Numbered from the stretch's first letter, positions 26,001-38,333 are shown. The stretch is DNA of 64,000 nt from Amoebophrya sp. A120 (GCA_905178155.1 CAJINV010000001.1:853643-917642); one strand, 5' to 3'. Notes: generated from the letters alone by a model not told the origin. Program-made: numbers and translations.

Positions 26001-28133
26001 CTGCGCTGGCACCGTTGGCATAATTTCGACGTACATCACGCTCATGGGCCTCCGACAACTTTTCCCTTTCGCCATCGAATGTTCTTGATGATCCCATACT
26101 CCCTCTGTCCGTAGCCCCATGACTATTTCCGTCGCAACGAATCGGCTGCAGACCTTCGCGCAGGCTGATGTGCGGCGCGCCCTCGTCGTCCCACTGCTCG
26201 TGCAGCGCAAAGACGTCCTTGACAAACCCAATGGCCTGGGCGAAGGGGAGCACGGGTACCGCGTCCAAGCATGCCGCCTGCTCCAGCTTCTTGGTCACGA
26301 ACTTTTCCGCGAAGGGGAGGGATTGTTCTGTTGGTGCAGCTGGTGGTGCCGGGAGGCCAGAACTAGTGGAGCCTTTGCTTCTATCCGGCGAACTTCCATG
26401 GGGCGAAGAAGCGGCTCCGCCGGCACCTCCCCCGCCGGGGCCGTACACGAGTCCCTCGGCTTCGCGCAGCATCAGAGCGAGCTTTGACTCGGTGTCGAAG
26501 CAGATCTGGTCCAGCGCGGCGTGGAGCAGCTCCAGTTGGATATGAAAGTACACAACTCCCCCTCCCCCTCATTTGTCATGCTTAACAGACTGCGCTACTG
26601 AGCCCGGGGGGGTGCGGGGTCCGAGGGGTGCACAAAGCACAGCCCGGAACACCCGAACATGCCCCGCGACTGGCACAGGACCAGCAACGCAACTATTATC
26701 GTCGATCTCAGTTGTCATGCAAAATTTCAAATCCACCCTTTGCCTGTTAGTACTGTTTGCATGACAGATTCCGGAATACGAAAAAGCCCGCCAAACCCCT
26801 AGGAATTTGCCATGCAAAAGTTGCATCTTTGCCAGCGCTCGTGTTGCTGTTCATGCAACACAAATGAGCGGGAGGGGGAGTTGTGCACTGTCATATTGGA
26901 AACTGTGGGTGCATTCGAAGACCGAGGTCGGCAGGAGGTGCAGATCCCGGTGGAGCCGCAACGTCGCGCGCACGTGGAAAGGATCGAAGTGGTTGGTACC
27001 CTGATGAAAAAGTAGAGTGGTGCACTCACTTCTTTGTTGGTCTTGTTCCTACTGGTGCCCGCCCTACTTCGTATAAATACGCATGTTGACCACGACGACA
27101 ACATCTTCAGTAAACAACGACGAAAGAGGTCGGTCTTTCTCCTTAGTACCAAGCGAATTAAATGATGAAGCATGACAAAAGTGATATTTATTCTAGTACT
27201 TACAATGTTCGCCGCTTGGCCGCCGCCTCCTCCAGAGTCTCCCGCGTCCTCCTCCTCTTCCTCCTCCCCGCGCTTCCTGGCCCGCTCCCGGTGCTCCCGA
27301 CTGGAAATCGTTCGCCAGTCCGGCGGTTCGTAGAACATGACCCCCAGGAACGCCTTGTTTTTCACGATGTGGAGGGCCGGCGGGTTCAGGATGCTGTACT
27401 GTTTTGTCTTCGCCAAGTGGATCCAGTTCCCCGCCCGCGGGTCCAGCGCGTCGAAGAGGCACATGCCCTGCCGCGCGCACCCCGCGACCAGCTCGGAAAG
27501 GATCAGCTTGTGCAGGAAGTTGCGGTTTAGCTGGAGCTTTTTCCGCAAAACCATTTTGTCCAGGCCGTACGTGTCGGGACTGCTGCTTTTTAATAACCGC
27601 GCCACCTTCCTCACGTACTTTTCCTCCAACTCGAACTTCCCGCCCACGCGCAAGCAAATCACCAAAACCGCGCGCATATCCCGCTCACGGTGGGTGTGGG
27701 ACCGCACGCCGGCGGTGAGGGCCGCGATCTGGCGAGCCCGCCCAGAGAGTGTGCGCAGCAGGCTGGGAGTGGAGGCAGTAGAGTCTCTCGTGGAGGAGAG
27801 TTTCCGAGCGTGGGCCGCTTCGTCGAAAGAGCTGCTGGTTGAATTGCTTGAGGAAGTGCTGCTCGTAGCTTCATCTTCGCTGCTACGAGGAATGTCCTCC
27901 TCGTCCTCCTCACTGTCGTTTTGTACAGCATCGTCGTTTCTATCTTGTCCGGTGCCGCGGGATGCTTGGTTGTTCCTTGTTCGCTTTCCGCCGGGAAAAA
28001 TCGCACGGGCGCCCGAGCTGGAACTCGCATCGTCGACGCTCTCCGGAAACGGGATTCGCTCAGCGCTGTAGTTTCGGGATTTAGTCTCCCTATTCGCGAA
28101 AGAGCCGGCGCTGTTGCGCAAAAAGTCCATCAT
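20025..28133 (-). CDS. Anoctamin/TMEM16-like membrane protein
   Basis: One frame after removing 7 elements and GT-AG intron 27001-27203. Motifs LPIWATFY, LTKLEGHILRDQYNVSLALK and EYLEILVNLCFLTFLFPVVPLIAP match anoctamin segments. Confidence 0.8.
21626..21911. mobile_element. Introner-like element, family D
   Basis: TIR core AACGTCCCCACC; imperfect DR CAGAG/CAGCG; junction SL|PSFF in frame. Confidence 0.85.
22444..22767. mobile_element. Introner-like element, family E
   Basis: TIR TATTACAATGAAAAATGCCCCCTCCCCATATC (imperfect); DR TCCGC. Confidence 0.88.
23421..23682. mobile_element. Introner-like element, family B
   Basis: TIR core TGTCTGGGTCTGGAAGAAT; DR CGAGG. Confidence 0.93.
23728..23872. 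mobile_element. Introner-like element, family F (145 bp)
   Basis: TIR TATCCTGTGCAAAAGTATCGTACTCGTAT; DR CTCCA. Confidence 0.92.
24532..24843. mobile_element. Introner-like element, family E
   Basis: TIR TATTACAGTGAAAAATGCCCCC; DR CAGGC. Confidence 0.92.
24890..25169. mobile_element. Introner-like element, family D
   Basis: Perfect TIR TATCCTGAGTAAAAACGTACCCAC; DR TGGTC. Confidence 0.94.
26541..26895. mobile_element. Introner-like element, family G
   Basis: TIR TATGAAAGTACACAACTCCCCCTCCC; DR TTGGA. Confidence 0.92.
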
Positions 28134-28668
28134 CTGCTGGAGTGAAGAGATGAAACACCCATAGATATAGATGTATTTTAGAACTGAGGCGTGAAGAAAA
28201 AAATCACTTAAAGTAGCGGTTCATTTTTTCAACCTCTGTGCAGATTGAGATTCCTTGTCAAAATAACTACTCAAGCAATACCGCCTCCTGTTCAATTTTT
28301 CACTCGGCACGATCAAAACAAGGCTCTCTCGCTTGTCCCCTCTCCATACTCTCTTTCAAGTTTGCGCAGCCTCAGTCCGTCGTCCCTCATCATGAGAGAG
28401 AAGAAAAAAAGAAAAACGAGGAAGCGGTTGCCTTTCGCTTTCTGGAGAAGAAAGCGAACTCAAGATCAAAAAACAAAGAGAGCTGAAGGTGATGAAGCAT
28501 GCTGATGCACCGCACCAGGTCCAGCGATTTGCAATCACTCGAGTTATCGAAAAATGGAACTAGATATATGTCGTTTTATTTCAGAGGTTCGATAGCCGCT
28601 TGATGAGGTACAAAATGTCCTATGGCATTAATCTGGTCATCTCAACTCATGTCGCTAACAAGTCAACT

Positions 28669-29964
28669 TTAATTCCCAAACGAGATGCAGAAGTCCTCTG
28701 CACCATCTTCCGCTGGATCATCTTCCAAAATGCTTCCAGTTTCTCGAATTCGGTGCAAGAGCTCCCCTGTCGCAGCATCTGGGTCGTATTCGACCTTCGC
28801 AGCGGAGCCGTCTCTCCGGCCGATGACCGTCACGAAACGCAAGTCCCGCTCTCCTCGAGCGGCCGAAACGTAGGTGTGGCAGAAGTGGGAGTCGCCGTAT
28901 TTCGTATTTCCTTTGGCTTTTGAAACAGTAGACCTCAAATGGGAATGGCTCTTATTCGACATCGGACTTATTTCCGTCCTACTTGTCTCTACTTCCACCC
29001 CGAAGAGCCGGTCCAGGAACTGCACCCGCTGAGCCGCGGCAAAACTGACAGACACGAAAACCGCTTGCGATCCTGGGTGAAGCAGAGATAGGCACTGATC
29101 GAGCATCTGCTCTCGGTCACCGTCGTTGTCCAGCGCGTCTAAGGTGCCCTTGTCGAGGACGGTCGTCATTATAGCAGGAAAATTATCGCCATTCGAAGTT
29201 CTTTTCGACGAGTTCAGGAAGGCATCACGCATCACCCTCGCGTCGCCCAGATGCGGCTCGACGACTACCCAATTGTCAGATCCAGCTTGATGTTGTTCCT
29301 TGATCCTCGGCGGCAGGTAGTACACAGTTTTATCATATTTTCGTGAAGATGTCACTGCCTTTATTTCGTCTGAATCGTCGAGGGACATGGCGCTTCGTTC
29401 CCGCACAACTGTCTGTCGCAAATTTTCCCGTTCGTTCCCCGCCGTCTCTTCCTCAAGTTTCGCTTTTATCGTGTCGTATATGACCGGTGAGACGTCGACT
29501 AAATGAACCTCCGCGAAGCCGCTCGCCAAGGGGACTCTTCGTGCCAGTTCCAAGCCGAGCGTGCTGCTCCCGCATCCCACGTCGATGACGCAGTGGGTGG
29601 GAGGACGGGTGGGCGGCGCCGAGTCTTCTGGTCTTGCACTATGAACCGTCGTGACAATTGAACTTCTTCCCTGTATTTCTGTGGCGGTTCCACCCGTCTC
29701 CTGAGTCGGTGCAACATCCACATAACAGTAGTACTTCTGCACTACCTCGAGAACTTTGTCGCACGTCAAGTGCCACTCGAAGTCGGTCCTCTTGTGCGCC
29801 GCGCTGAGGTACTGCTCGTCCCAATGCCCTGCGTAGCAGGCAGCGGACCGGGACAAAGAGTTCTCGAGGGTAGTTTTCCTCGTCCCATCCACGTCGTTCG
29901 ACGACCGCGCTGCGTCAAGATCAGCGTCGGCCGCTGGTGATTCTAAGCCATGAGGTATAGGCAT
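28669..29964 (-). CDS. Class I SAM-dependent methyltransferase (METTL13/EEF1AKMT4-like)
   Basis: HWDEQY...FEWH, VIDVGCGSSTLG and VLDKGTLDAL motifs. Confidence 0.85.
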   Translation of the reverse strand: MPIPHGLESPAADADLDAARSSNDVDGTRKTTLENSLSRSAACYAGHWDEQYLSAAHKRTDFEWHLTCDKVLEVVQKYYCYVDVAPTQETGGTATEIQGRSSIVTTVHSARPEDSAPPTRPPTHCVIDVGCGSSTLGLELARRVPLASGFAEVHLVDVSPVIYDTIKAKLEEETAGNERENLRQTVVRERSAMSLDDSDEIKAVTSSRKYDKTVYYLPPRIKEQHQAGSDNWVVVEPHLGDARVMRDAFLNSSKRTSNGDNFPAIMTTVLDKGTLDALDNDGDREQMLDQCLSLLHPGSQAVFVSVSFAAAQRVQFLDRLFGVEVETSRTEISPMSNKSHSHLRSTVSKAKGNTKYGDSHFCHTYVSAARGERDLRFVTVIGRRDGSAAKVEYDPDAATGELLHRIRETGSILEDDPAEDGAEDFCISFGN

Positions 29965-30947
29965 TTTTGATGTTGGGTGACGATTTTTTCAATTTCAAAG
30001 TTGTCTTGTTCTGCTATTTGACTTCGCTAAATCATTTATGTATATGCGTTTCTGCTATCCTCTGTCTCTCCCGCCTCTGCTGGTCATCGAATGAGAAAGG
30101 ATACATCTGACTTTCTTCACCTAAACAAAGCGGACCCGGACGCGGTCCAATAAACGCGGTGGGCACGACGCTCACATTGATGCGTGTCATCGACGTTTGT
30201 CCTTTGTGGTAGCCCACAACATTCATTGGTTTTTGTATTCTTTGAAGATGAGGATCAACGTTCAATTTGCTGCTTGGCAAGTAGCGCAATTATCTCATTT
30301 TGATTTATTTAGTTTTACAGTGAGGCCTAAACCTAATGCGACGTAGTAGAGTGCAGTCATTTTTGGAACTAAGGTACAGGTAGGACGATCGTTTAGTTTT
30401 CCGGTAGAGTACAACAGACGAGAGAAGACGAAAAGTTGAATTTACAATTTACAAACTGATTTTGTTTTTTACAAGATTTCGTGACTTTTGATACAGAGAC
30501 GAACGGAGCGAAAATTACAAATTGTGAGCAAGAATAGAGATGCTGAAACTTTTGTACAACAAGGTCAGGACTTTACCAGTAAGATACGAATAACATAGAT
30601 ACACTGTGCTTTCAGACATTTTTAACAAGTAGTAAGCTGAAGTAGTGTGGTAGAGTTTTTTTCCCTGCATCTGTACATGTACATGAGGATGAGGTGGGTC
30701 AACAACAATAAACCGGGATGCAGAATTTCAATTTCTTAGGGCTAAAAGCTAATCCTACCGTGCCCGTGGGAACCCTTAATCATGAATTACACACAGTCAG
30801 CAAGCTGCTCGGCAAGATAGCCGTCAGGAACTCGGACGATAATCACAAACATGATCAATAATTATTTTTCGTTAATCCATCGGCTCGGCGATCGCGATTA
30901 GTTAATACCAGTGGTTTGTTGTGGTAGTAGACGAATTATTCGCCCAT

Positions 30948-33900
30948 CTACACTTGGTGGTAGTTACAGTTGTCATTGTCTCCGTACCCAACTTCTTGGT
31001 CCCCCTCCGCCCAGCAGACGTTGTGATATGCTTCGCCTAGCTGACTTCCATCTCGCGGACCATTGCAGCTGCCTCCGGGCGGCCCGCCAATATTAATCTG
31101 GTGGTTTGTGCCGCCGCTGGCAGTGTGCATGTACACGGAAGGATAAGGATTTGGATTCTTCCCCCCGTTGTAGTTGTTCATTCCGTTGCCCCCGTGCTGG
31201 TGACAAGATGAACCAAAAGCACGACCAGATGCAGCTGTTGTATTAAAACTGCTGTTGTTTCCACCAGCAGATACGGCTGAATTCGCATTCGTAGTGACCG
31301 CCAGCACGAAGGACACGGAGTCCACAAGCGGCTTCAGCGCGGCTAACCGGTCGTGCAGATCCGCAATTTGTGGGTTCAGCGGGTGGTCCTTCCACTGCAC
31401 AGTCACTCGGTGCGTGTTCCTCGTGTAGGTGTTGAAGTCCTGGTAGACGAGGGTGAGCAGTTTCGTGGTCAGCGCTTTCACACGAACGTAGTTGTCGCTC
31501 CCATGGCAGGAGATGAAAAGCTGCAGGGGCTGTTTGGAAACGTTTGAGACTTTATTTCATGCCGAAGCAGGGGTGCGAAGAAGAATAGATGAAGATGCAG
31601 ACTCATTCATTTTCACTCATGAATTATGAAAATGAATCGCATCGGGATTTATTTCTACATGATATAGAACATCACAGAAAGGAATCCAACTATCCCATCT
31701 ACAATACTACCTGTTCCGGCGCTCCCCCCACCCGCTGCGCGTCCTCATTGGTCGAACTGCCCTTGAGCCGCAATTTCGCCCCTGGCACCAGGGACGATAT
31801 GGGAGTGTCAGGATCGAAATCGACAAAATCGCAAAACTTGTATATGCATAGAATGTAGGGCACATAAGGCCTGTGTTGGGAAGAAGGCAAATGAGACCGA
31901 TTGCAAGCCTGTTTATTAATAGGGGAAGAAGACGCGTTGCCAGAGCAGCATGACAGGAGCAGTCTAAGTACTTTGCCCAAACAGCATGACAGACTGGATT
32001 TATCAGCCCCCAAAATTTGTCATGCGCCACTTGAAAACTGGGGGTCCAACTGGTATCGATTTCATGCATCGCAAATTTTTCGCTTTTGTTGATTTCGATC
32101 CTGACGCATCCATAGACGAGATCAGCTTCATGTTGTGCCCCCGGGGCCCGATCAGCCGTTTCGCGGCGCCGAACGGGTGGCGCGCGGGGATGCCGATCTT
32201 CACCGTGGCCAAAAACTTCTTGGACACCACGATCTCGCGAATCACCGCCCCGGTGCTCAGGTCGCGCTGCAGGAACAGCGCGCGCTCGTTGCCCAGCCCC
32301 GGCTTCTGAAACACTTTTGGGTGGTCCATCGACAGCTGTTGCTGCTGTTGCTGCTCGGAATTGCTCTTGTTCTCGTTTAATTGTTCCTGGTTGACAATAA
32401 TATTACAACCACTCTCGGCCCCAACTACAGCAGCAGTTGTATTGGAGTGCATCGCGGAGGACGCAGTGGTCTCTGAAGAACCGCTACGGCTCGTGCTCGG
32501 CGAAATGATCGCAGGCTGCACGGGGGCGAAGCCGGAAACGAAGTCGTGTATTGAGAGGAAAGATCCCCCCTCCCCATATTGAAAAGGTATGTCTCCGGAA
32601 ATTTGTGTTGCTGATTTGAGGTCACAAATCACATCTGTCTTGCAAGAAGACAAGGGCAAAAGCTTCCGCCATATTATCGAGGCGTTTTGTCATGCCGTTG
32701 GGCCTAAAGGGAGGCCGTTTGCCATGCTGAGCAACTAGACCCATACGCCCCCAGCTAGCCGGCGGATCTGGCCGCCATGCCTTTCTGCAACACAAATTTG
32801 TGTACCCAAATCCAGCATCAGAAATTTCGTTTTGATATGGGGAGGGGGGATTTTTCCTTTTGATATCGTGCTGCTGTTGCTCCTCCTGCGATTTCAGGTT
32901 TTGATGATTGCCCGCACACATCATTCCTGTCGCAGTCTGCGTCCGCTCCTGCTGCTCAAAGTAGTCGACCGGAATTTGTGGCTATGGTGTGAATCACCTC
33001 CCCACGCATCACCTCCCCACCTCCCTACCTCCCCACCCTGAGGAGGTGCCTCCCCACGTGTGGGGAGGTGCCTCCCCAGTAGTGGGGAGGTGGGGAGGTA
33101 CTTCCCCACCTCCCCATCTCCCTGCCGTCCAACACTTCCCCACCGCGTTGCGCTTCCCCGCGATGGTCGACCAGAACGTGCCTACGTCTGGATGCTTGTT
33201 GCTTGGCTTCGTTCTGTGCTATCGATCTACCTCGCGGCCATGAAGCCAGCAGCTATCTGCCACAACGCACGTGAGCCCTCATCCTGCATGACAGATGCGC
33301 CTATGTACGCGGCCACCAGATGTCGGCCGGTGGCCCTAACGTGGCGAGCATGGAACGACCCACGGGGCACGCAAACCAATGCCGCAAGGAGTCAAGGCAG
33401 GGAGGCACGCCGGGGGCCAAGAGCGCACAACATTCAGAAGGGCCAGGGAGAAGGGGAAGGCAAAAGGGTGACGCGCAAGGGCGGAGAAGGGAAAGAGCAC
33501 ACGAGGAGGAGACAATCGTCGGAGCCAGCCGGCGCGACGGCGCCATCGCGCCAGCTGGCCTCGACGAGCCTAAACCCCGAGCCCTAAACCATAGACCCGA
33601 AACAACCAAGGCCGCAGCCGGCTCTGCTTCTGCATCACCTCCGGCCGTTGCGGTGGTGATGCGGTCGCGTCACGAGGTGATGCGGGGGAGGTGGGTAGGT
33701 GATACGGGTGGGGGGGTGATGCGTGGGGAGGTGATTCAAAGGGGTGGGGAGGTGATTCACACTCCTACCGGAATTTGTTCTTTGCTCGTGGTAGGCGAAA
33801 TGATCGCAGGCTGCACGGGGGCGCAGCCGGAAATGAAGTCGTGCTGCTGTTGCTCATCCTGCGATTTCAGGTTGTGATGATTGCCCGCACACATCATTCC

Positions 33901-35520
33901 TGTCGCAGTCTGCGCCCGCTTCTGCTGCTCAAAGTAGTCGACCGGAATTTGTGGCTATGGTGTGAATCACCTCCCCACGCATCACCTCCCCACCTCCCTA
34001 CCTCCCCACCCTGAGGAGGTGCCTCCCCACGTGTGGGGAGGTGCCTCCCCAGTAGTGGGGAGGTGGGGAGGTACTTCCCCACCTCCCTGCCGTCCAACAC
34101 TTCCCCACCGCGTTGCGCTTCCCCGCGATGGTCGACCAGAACGTGCCTACGTCTGGATGCTTGTTGCTTGGCTTCGTTCTGTGCTATCGATCTACCTCGC
34201 GGCCATGAAGCCAGCAGCTATCTGCCACAACGCACGTGAGCCCTCATCCTGCATGACAGATGCGCCTATGTACGCGGCCACCAGATGTCGGCCGGTGGCC
34301 CTAACGTGGCGAGCATGGAACGACCCACGGGGCACGCAAACCAATGCCGCAGGGAGTCAAGGCAGGGAGGCACGCCGGGGGCCAAGAGCGCACAACATTC
34401 AGAAGGGCCAGGGAGAAGGGGAAGGCAAAAGGGTGACGCGCAAGGGCGGAGAAGGGAAAGAGCACACGAGGAGGAGACGCGGGGTGATGCGGTCGCGTCA
34501 CGAGGTGATGCGGGGGAGGTGGGTAGGTGATACGGGTGGGGGGGTGATGCGTGGGGAGGTGATTCAAAGGGGTGGGGAGGTGATTCACACTCCTACCGGA
34601 ATTTGTTCTTTGCTCGTGCTCGGCGAAATGATCGCAGGCTGCACGGGGGCGAAGCCGGAAATGAAATCGTGCTCCTGTAGGTGCTTCTCCTGCGATTTCA
34701 GGTTTTGATGATTGTCCGCAAAAATCATTCCTGTCGCGGTCTGCGTCCGCTCCTGCTGCCCAAAGTAGTCGCCCGGAATTTGGTCTTCGCTCGCAGATGA
34801 AAATGAGGAAAAGTGGTGGTAGATGTTGTTTCCACTGGTCGAGGTCGGGTTCAAAATCGACGTCCCGGTTTCTCGTCCAGCCACTTGTTGCCACTCCGGC
34901 AACATCGACGGAGAAATTTCGATTTCAACGTCAGACAGTCGCCGCACCGCATGATTTGGGATCGAGTCTGGAAGTGGATCACGGTGAGAAGCTGCTTCAT
35001 CATGGTAATCCTGAACATGATCATCTACACTTCGTCCTGGATTGTTGAAATGAATCTCGGCCCTCACCACAGACGACGAACCGATTTTATGCTGGTGTCC
35101 ACAAGCCGAAGCCATTCCTCCACCCCGTGTACTAGTTGCGCTGTGCGCCAATCCGGTGCGAGACTGATACGAGTTTCGACGGGTCGGCTGGTGATTAGTA
35201 CACGACGGTCTCCCGGAAGGACTGTAGAAGGAGTCCTGTTCGAATGTGCCACTGGTGCTGTTGTGCTTGGTAGCGTGCGGCTGGTGGAAGGACGTTCGTG
35301 TCTGGCCGATTGTCTGCGGATAATTTGCAAAATGAGAATTCTTCATCCGGCTGTGGTTGTGCGAGTTGTTGTACGCAACGGGCGGGTCGTGGTCCTGCGG
35401 CTTAGACGTACAACAGACCTCCTTGGGCCCCATCGCACTATTGGCAGCAGGTGGAATGTTGCCACTAGCACGACGACCACGGGCGTGGTGATTATGTTTG
35501 TAGTTGTACTGGTACACCAT
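30948..35520 (-). CDS. KH-domain RNA-binding protein (SF1/STAR-type KH) with internal tandem repeat
   Basis: RLIGPRGHNMKLISS|LVPGAKLRLKG...EQ|PLQLFISC after removing 31798-32114, 32549-32865, 32982-33768, 33955-34596 and GT-AG intron 31530-31710. Confidence 0.8.
31798..32114. mobile_element. Introner-like element, family A (opposite orientation to 271-579)
   Basis: TIR TATGGGAGTGTCAGGATCGAAATC; DR GACGA. Confidence 0.93.
32549..32865. mobile_element. Introner-like element, family E-related
   Basis: TIR core ATCCCCCCTCCCCATAT; DR TCGTG; empty paralogous sites at 33839-33843 and 34667-34671. Confidence 0.93.
32980..33766. mobile_element. Larger foldback-like element forming a GT-AG intron (copy 1)
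   Basis: 19-bp inverted repeat GTGTGAATCACCTCCCCAC (32987-33005 / 33744-33762); many CACCTCCCCA subrepeats; 12-bp DR ACCGGAATTTGT. Confidence 0.85.
33953..34594. mobile_element. Larger foldback-like element (copy 2, shorter)
   Basis: Near-identical to copy 1 but lacks about 140 bp; same 12-bp DR at 33941-33952 and 34595-34606. Confidence 0.85.
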
Positions 35521-36434
35521 TTTTATTTCTGTTAATTGCTCTTACGTAGAACTAGAAACATCCAAACACAGCTTGGACCTGAAAGAATACGATAGTACAG
35601 GACGAAGAGGAGACTCCTGCGACCAACAAAACCACACACAACTCTAGAACTGCTTCATGGTCCTGATCGAGGAATGATCAAAATCGTGAGAGAGCGGCTC
35701 TTTCAAAGTGTAGTCTAACTCTTTTATCCATGATACCATTCACGAAAAATCCGATCACGATGAGAGCAAGGACTTGAGCATGTTTCTTTCGAAAAGCCGT
35801 ATCCAACATACTTTCTCATGAACTAACGTCGGACGACGATGGTCGATGTTGTACTATGTTGATGTGCGATACGATGACGATCAGTGTGACGACCTTCGAT
35901 GAGATCATTTTTACGATTACGACAGCTATTCGATGCTGCAAATTAGTTAGTACTAGTTTGTTAAAGCGCCATACTTTACCAACTGGAGGCTGACGGGAGG
36001 ACTCAAGGCCGTTCAGTCACGTGCAAGAAGTGAACAGAAAGCTCCGTCAAGCCGGCGAGCAAACGCACGCGGAACGGGACTGTACTAACAAACTGCGGGT
36101 GCAAGTCGTCCTTTCGCGTTATTTTTCGTGCACACTTCATACCATAAAAGGTTGAAATTGCGCTGGCGGCGCAGTAAGTACATCATGCAAGGAAGCCATG
36201 GACTTGGACAGATCATCATGCGTAACACTTCATGTTCATCACATCACAATTACGTGCTTCATAATCAAAAGACCAATCGCGTCCACCGACTCTGGATTAA
36301 ATAAAATTAAATTCCGAGGCGAACATAGAAAAAGGAAAACGAAAAGGGCCGCGACACAGATCCACATATGGGCCTGTGTATGAAAGTCTTTTACTCTTCC
36401 TGCACTTATTCTCAAAAAAGTATGTTCTAAAATG

Positions 36435-37587
36435 TCACCTGCAACAAGGATCACCATGACCCCTAGTAGACCTAACCGTGCTATTTCGCGCACACCAGGC
36501 GACCACAGATATTCGTGTGAAAGGGGAGGTCGACGCATCAACAGCTGTTGGTACTTCATTGTCCACGCCTGCTACCCGTAGGTCTGGTACGCCATGCTCC
36601 AGCACTTTGTTCACAACCGTATCGAAAATAAGCACGTCGCCGTTGTTTTGCAACAAGTTCAAATTGAACAGATCTTGATTGTTGTGCAAGGCACTTCTAC
36701 CAGTGGTCACTCCAGAACTACTTCGCAACGGGCGGAACGCAACGTCCCGTGCGGCGCCAAAGGTGGCGGCAATAGTGATCTCCTCCTGGATTCCCGTCGG
36801 CTCGTGCACACAGTGCGAGTCCTGGTGGAAGGGCTTGTAGTCACTGTCCTTGTAAAAATTCACGCGTTTTTCCAGCACTCGGACGTCAATATCCCAAAGA
36901 AAAAAGCTGGCAGGTCATATTTGTAATGCGAAAATAAATACACAAGAAAATCTGCATTGCATATCCGAAGCAGCATGCTATGGGGCCGCCCATGGCAAGT
37001 CTTTCATTTCTGTGTATTTATTTTTGCATTACAAATATGCCCTGCCAGCTTTTTTCTGTGGGATAGTCAAAGCGCCTTTCCCAGTCGCGGAATAAAGCTT
37101 CAAGCATCTCCATCGCAGCGGGTTTCGACCTGTTATCCGCGGATTTACTGTTCTCGAGCTTGTCTAAATCCAGCTTGTGATGGCAGCTCCACGGGATAAC
37201 AGGATTGCCTTCAGAAATTCTTGATTCTGTCTGCGCCGAAACGAGCAAGTCAAAACAGTCCCGGGCGTCAGCGTCTTCGTAGTACCCGGGAAGCAGAATG
37301 ATTTCACCCAAACCGATTGGCCACGACGAAACGCTTTCGACGGTATCCTGATGATCGGGAGATGAGCTACAAGGCTTCGGCCTACTTCTGTCGCACCTCC
37401 TCAGCTGCTCCCTGTGTATGACGCGCAAACGCAACTGCGGCGGTTGCTTTTTTTCGTTCCACCAAGCCCAACAGCTTTTGCAGAAGTACTTGTCCCGCCA
37501 AGACGCCCCGTCTGTTGTCTCCGCGGGACACCAGGCGCATTTTTGGACCGGTGGCTGGATTCTTGTGGGGGAAAATTGTTCTGGCAT
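36435..37587 (-). CDS. AlkB-like 2OG-Fe(II) dioxygenase with N-terminal CxxC...CxxC
   Basis: VNFY...FHQD...ATFGAARDVAF...GDVLIF...HGVP...RISVVAW; junction RFD|VRV after element removal. Confidence 0.85.
36890..37065. mobile_element. Introner-like element, family H (mostly hairpin)
   Basis: TIR over 50 bp, TATCCCAAAGAAAAAAGCTGGCAGGTCATATTTGTAATGC; DR GTCAA. Confidence 0.93.
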
Positions 37588-38333
37588 CTTTGTTGAAATT
37601 CGAGTAATAAAATATACACAGAAGTTCAACTACATGGCGTCAAACCAGTGCGAACGCGAAGAATTTGAGTCTAGAATTAGAGCCAACAAAGCTAATTCCA
37701 ATTTTGAAACTGAAGCGTTTACCACGACCCGTCTGAGAGGTCACACTACACCAGAATGAACCGCACACACGACAAACAAAGGTTGGTGATGTCGGTTTTA
37801 CATGACGATAAACAAAAAGACAAATGCTCGGTACGCACGTCGACGTCCATTCGACAATCATATATCTTCCATTTGATTTTACTTTATTTTCGTTTCCGTG
37901 CGTCGTGGTCGCGTCGCAACACCTTACAATCACGACCGAAAAATCGCGATGCCAGAAGAAACAAGGTGCCCGGAACACCTGCTACAAGCGCGGCTGCAGA
38001 GGCAAACATGACGAGAGCTCCCTGTCTGCGTGTTGTATGTAACCATTGTCACACATGGCGTGGATCATGTTGTCGTTGTTGTAGAGCCCCGTGCTGTCCA
38101 TATCCTCTTTGACTTTTGTTTTTGCTTTTCTCGTCGCTTACCGGAAAAATAAACTGACTAGATCGCATGTGGTTGCAGGGACAGTCGCGGTGCCCGGGCA
38201 GACAGACTTCTTAAGAAGCGAATCACCACCATGACTTTGCTTTCTACGAATACACGTGATCATTGCGCAGTGACTTCTTCGGTTTAGCGGAAATTTGCGT
38301 TACTGTAGATCTCATCATCATGATGATCTATCT

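Noticed and set aside
27001-27029. 29-nt GT-AG mini-intron
   Set aside because: The GTAAGT donor at 27203 is stronger, gives an in-frame join, and removes the AT-rich intron-like stretch.
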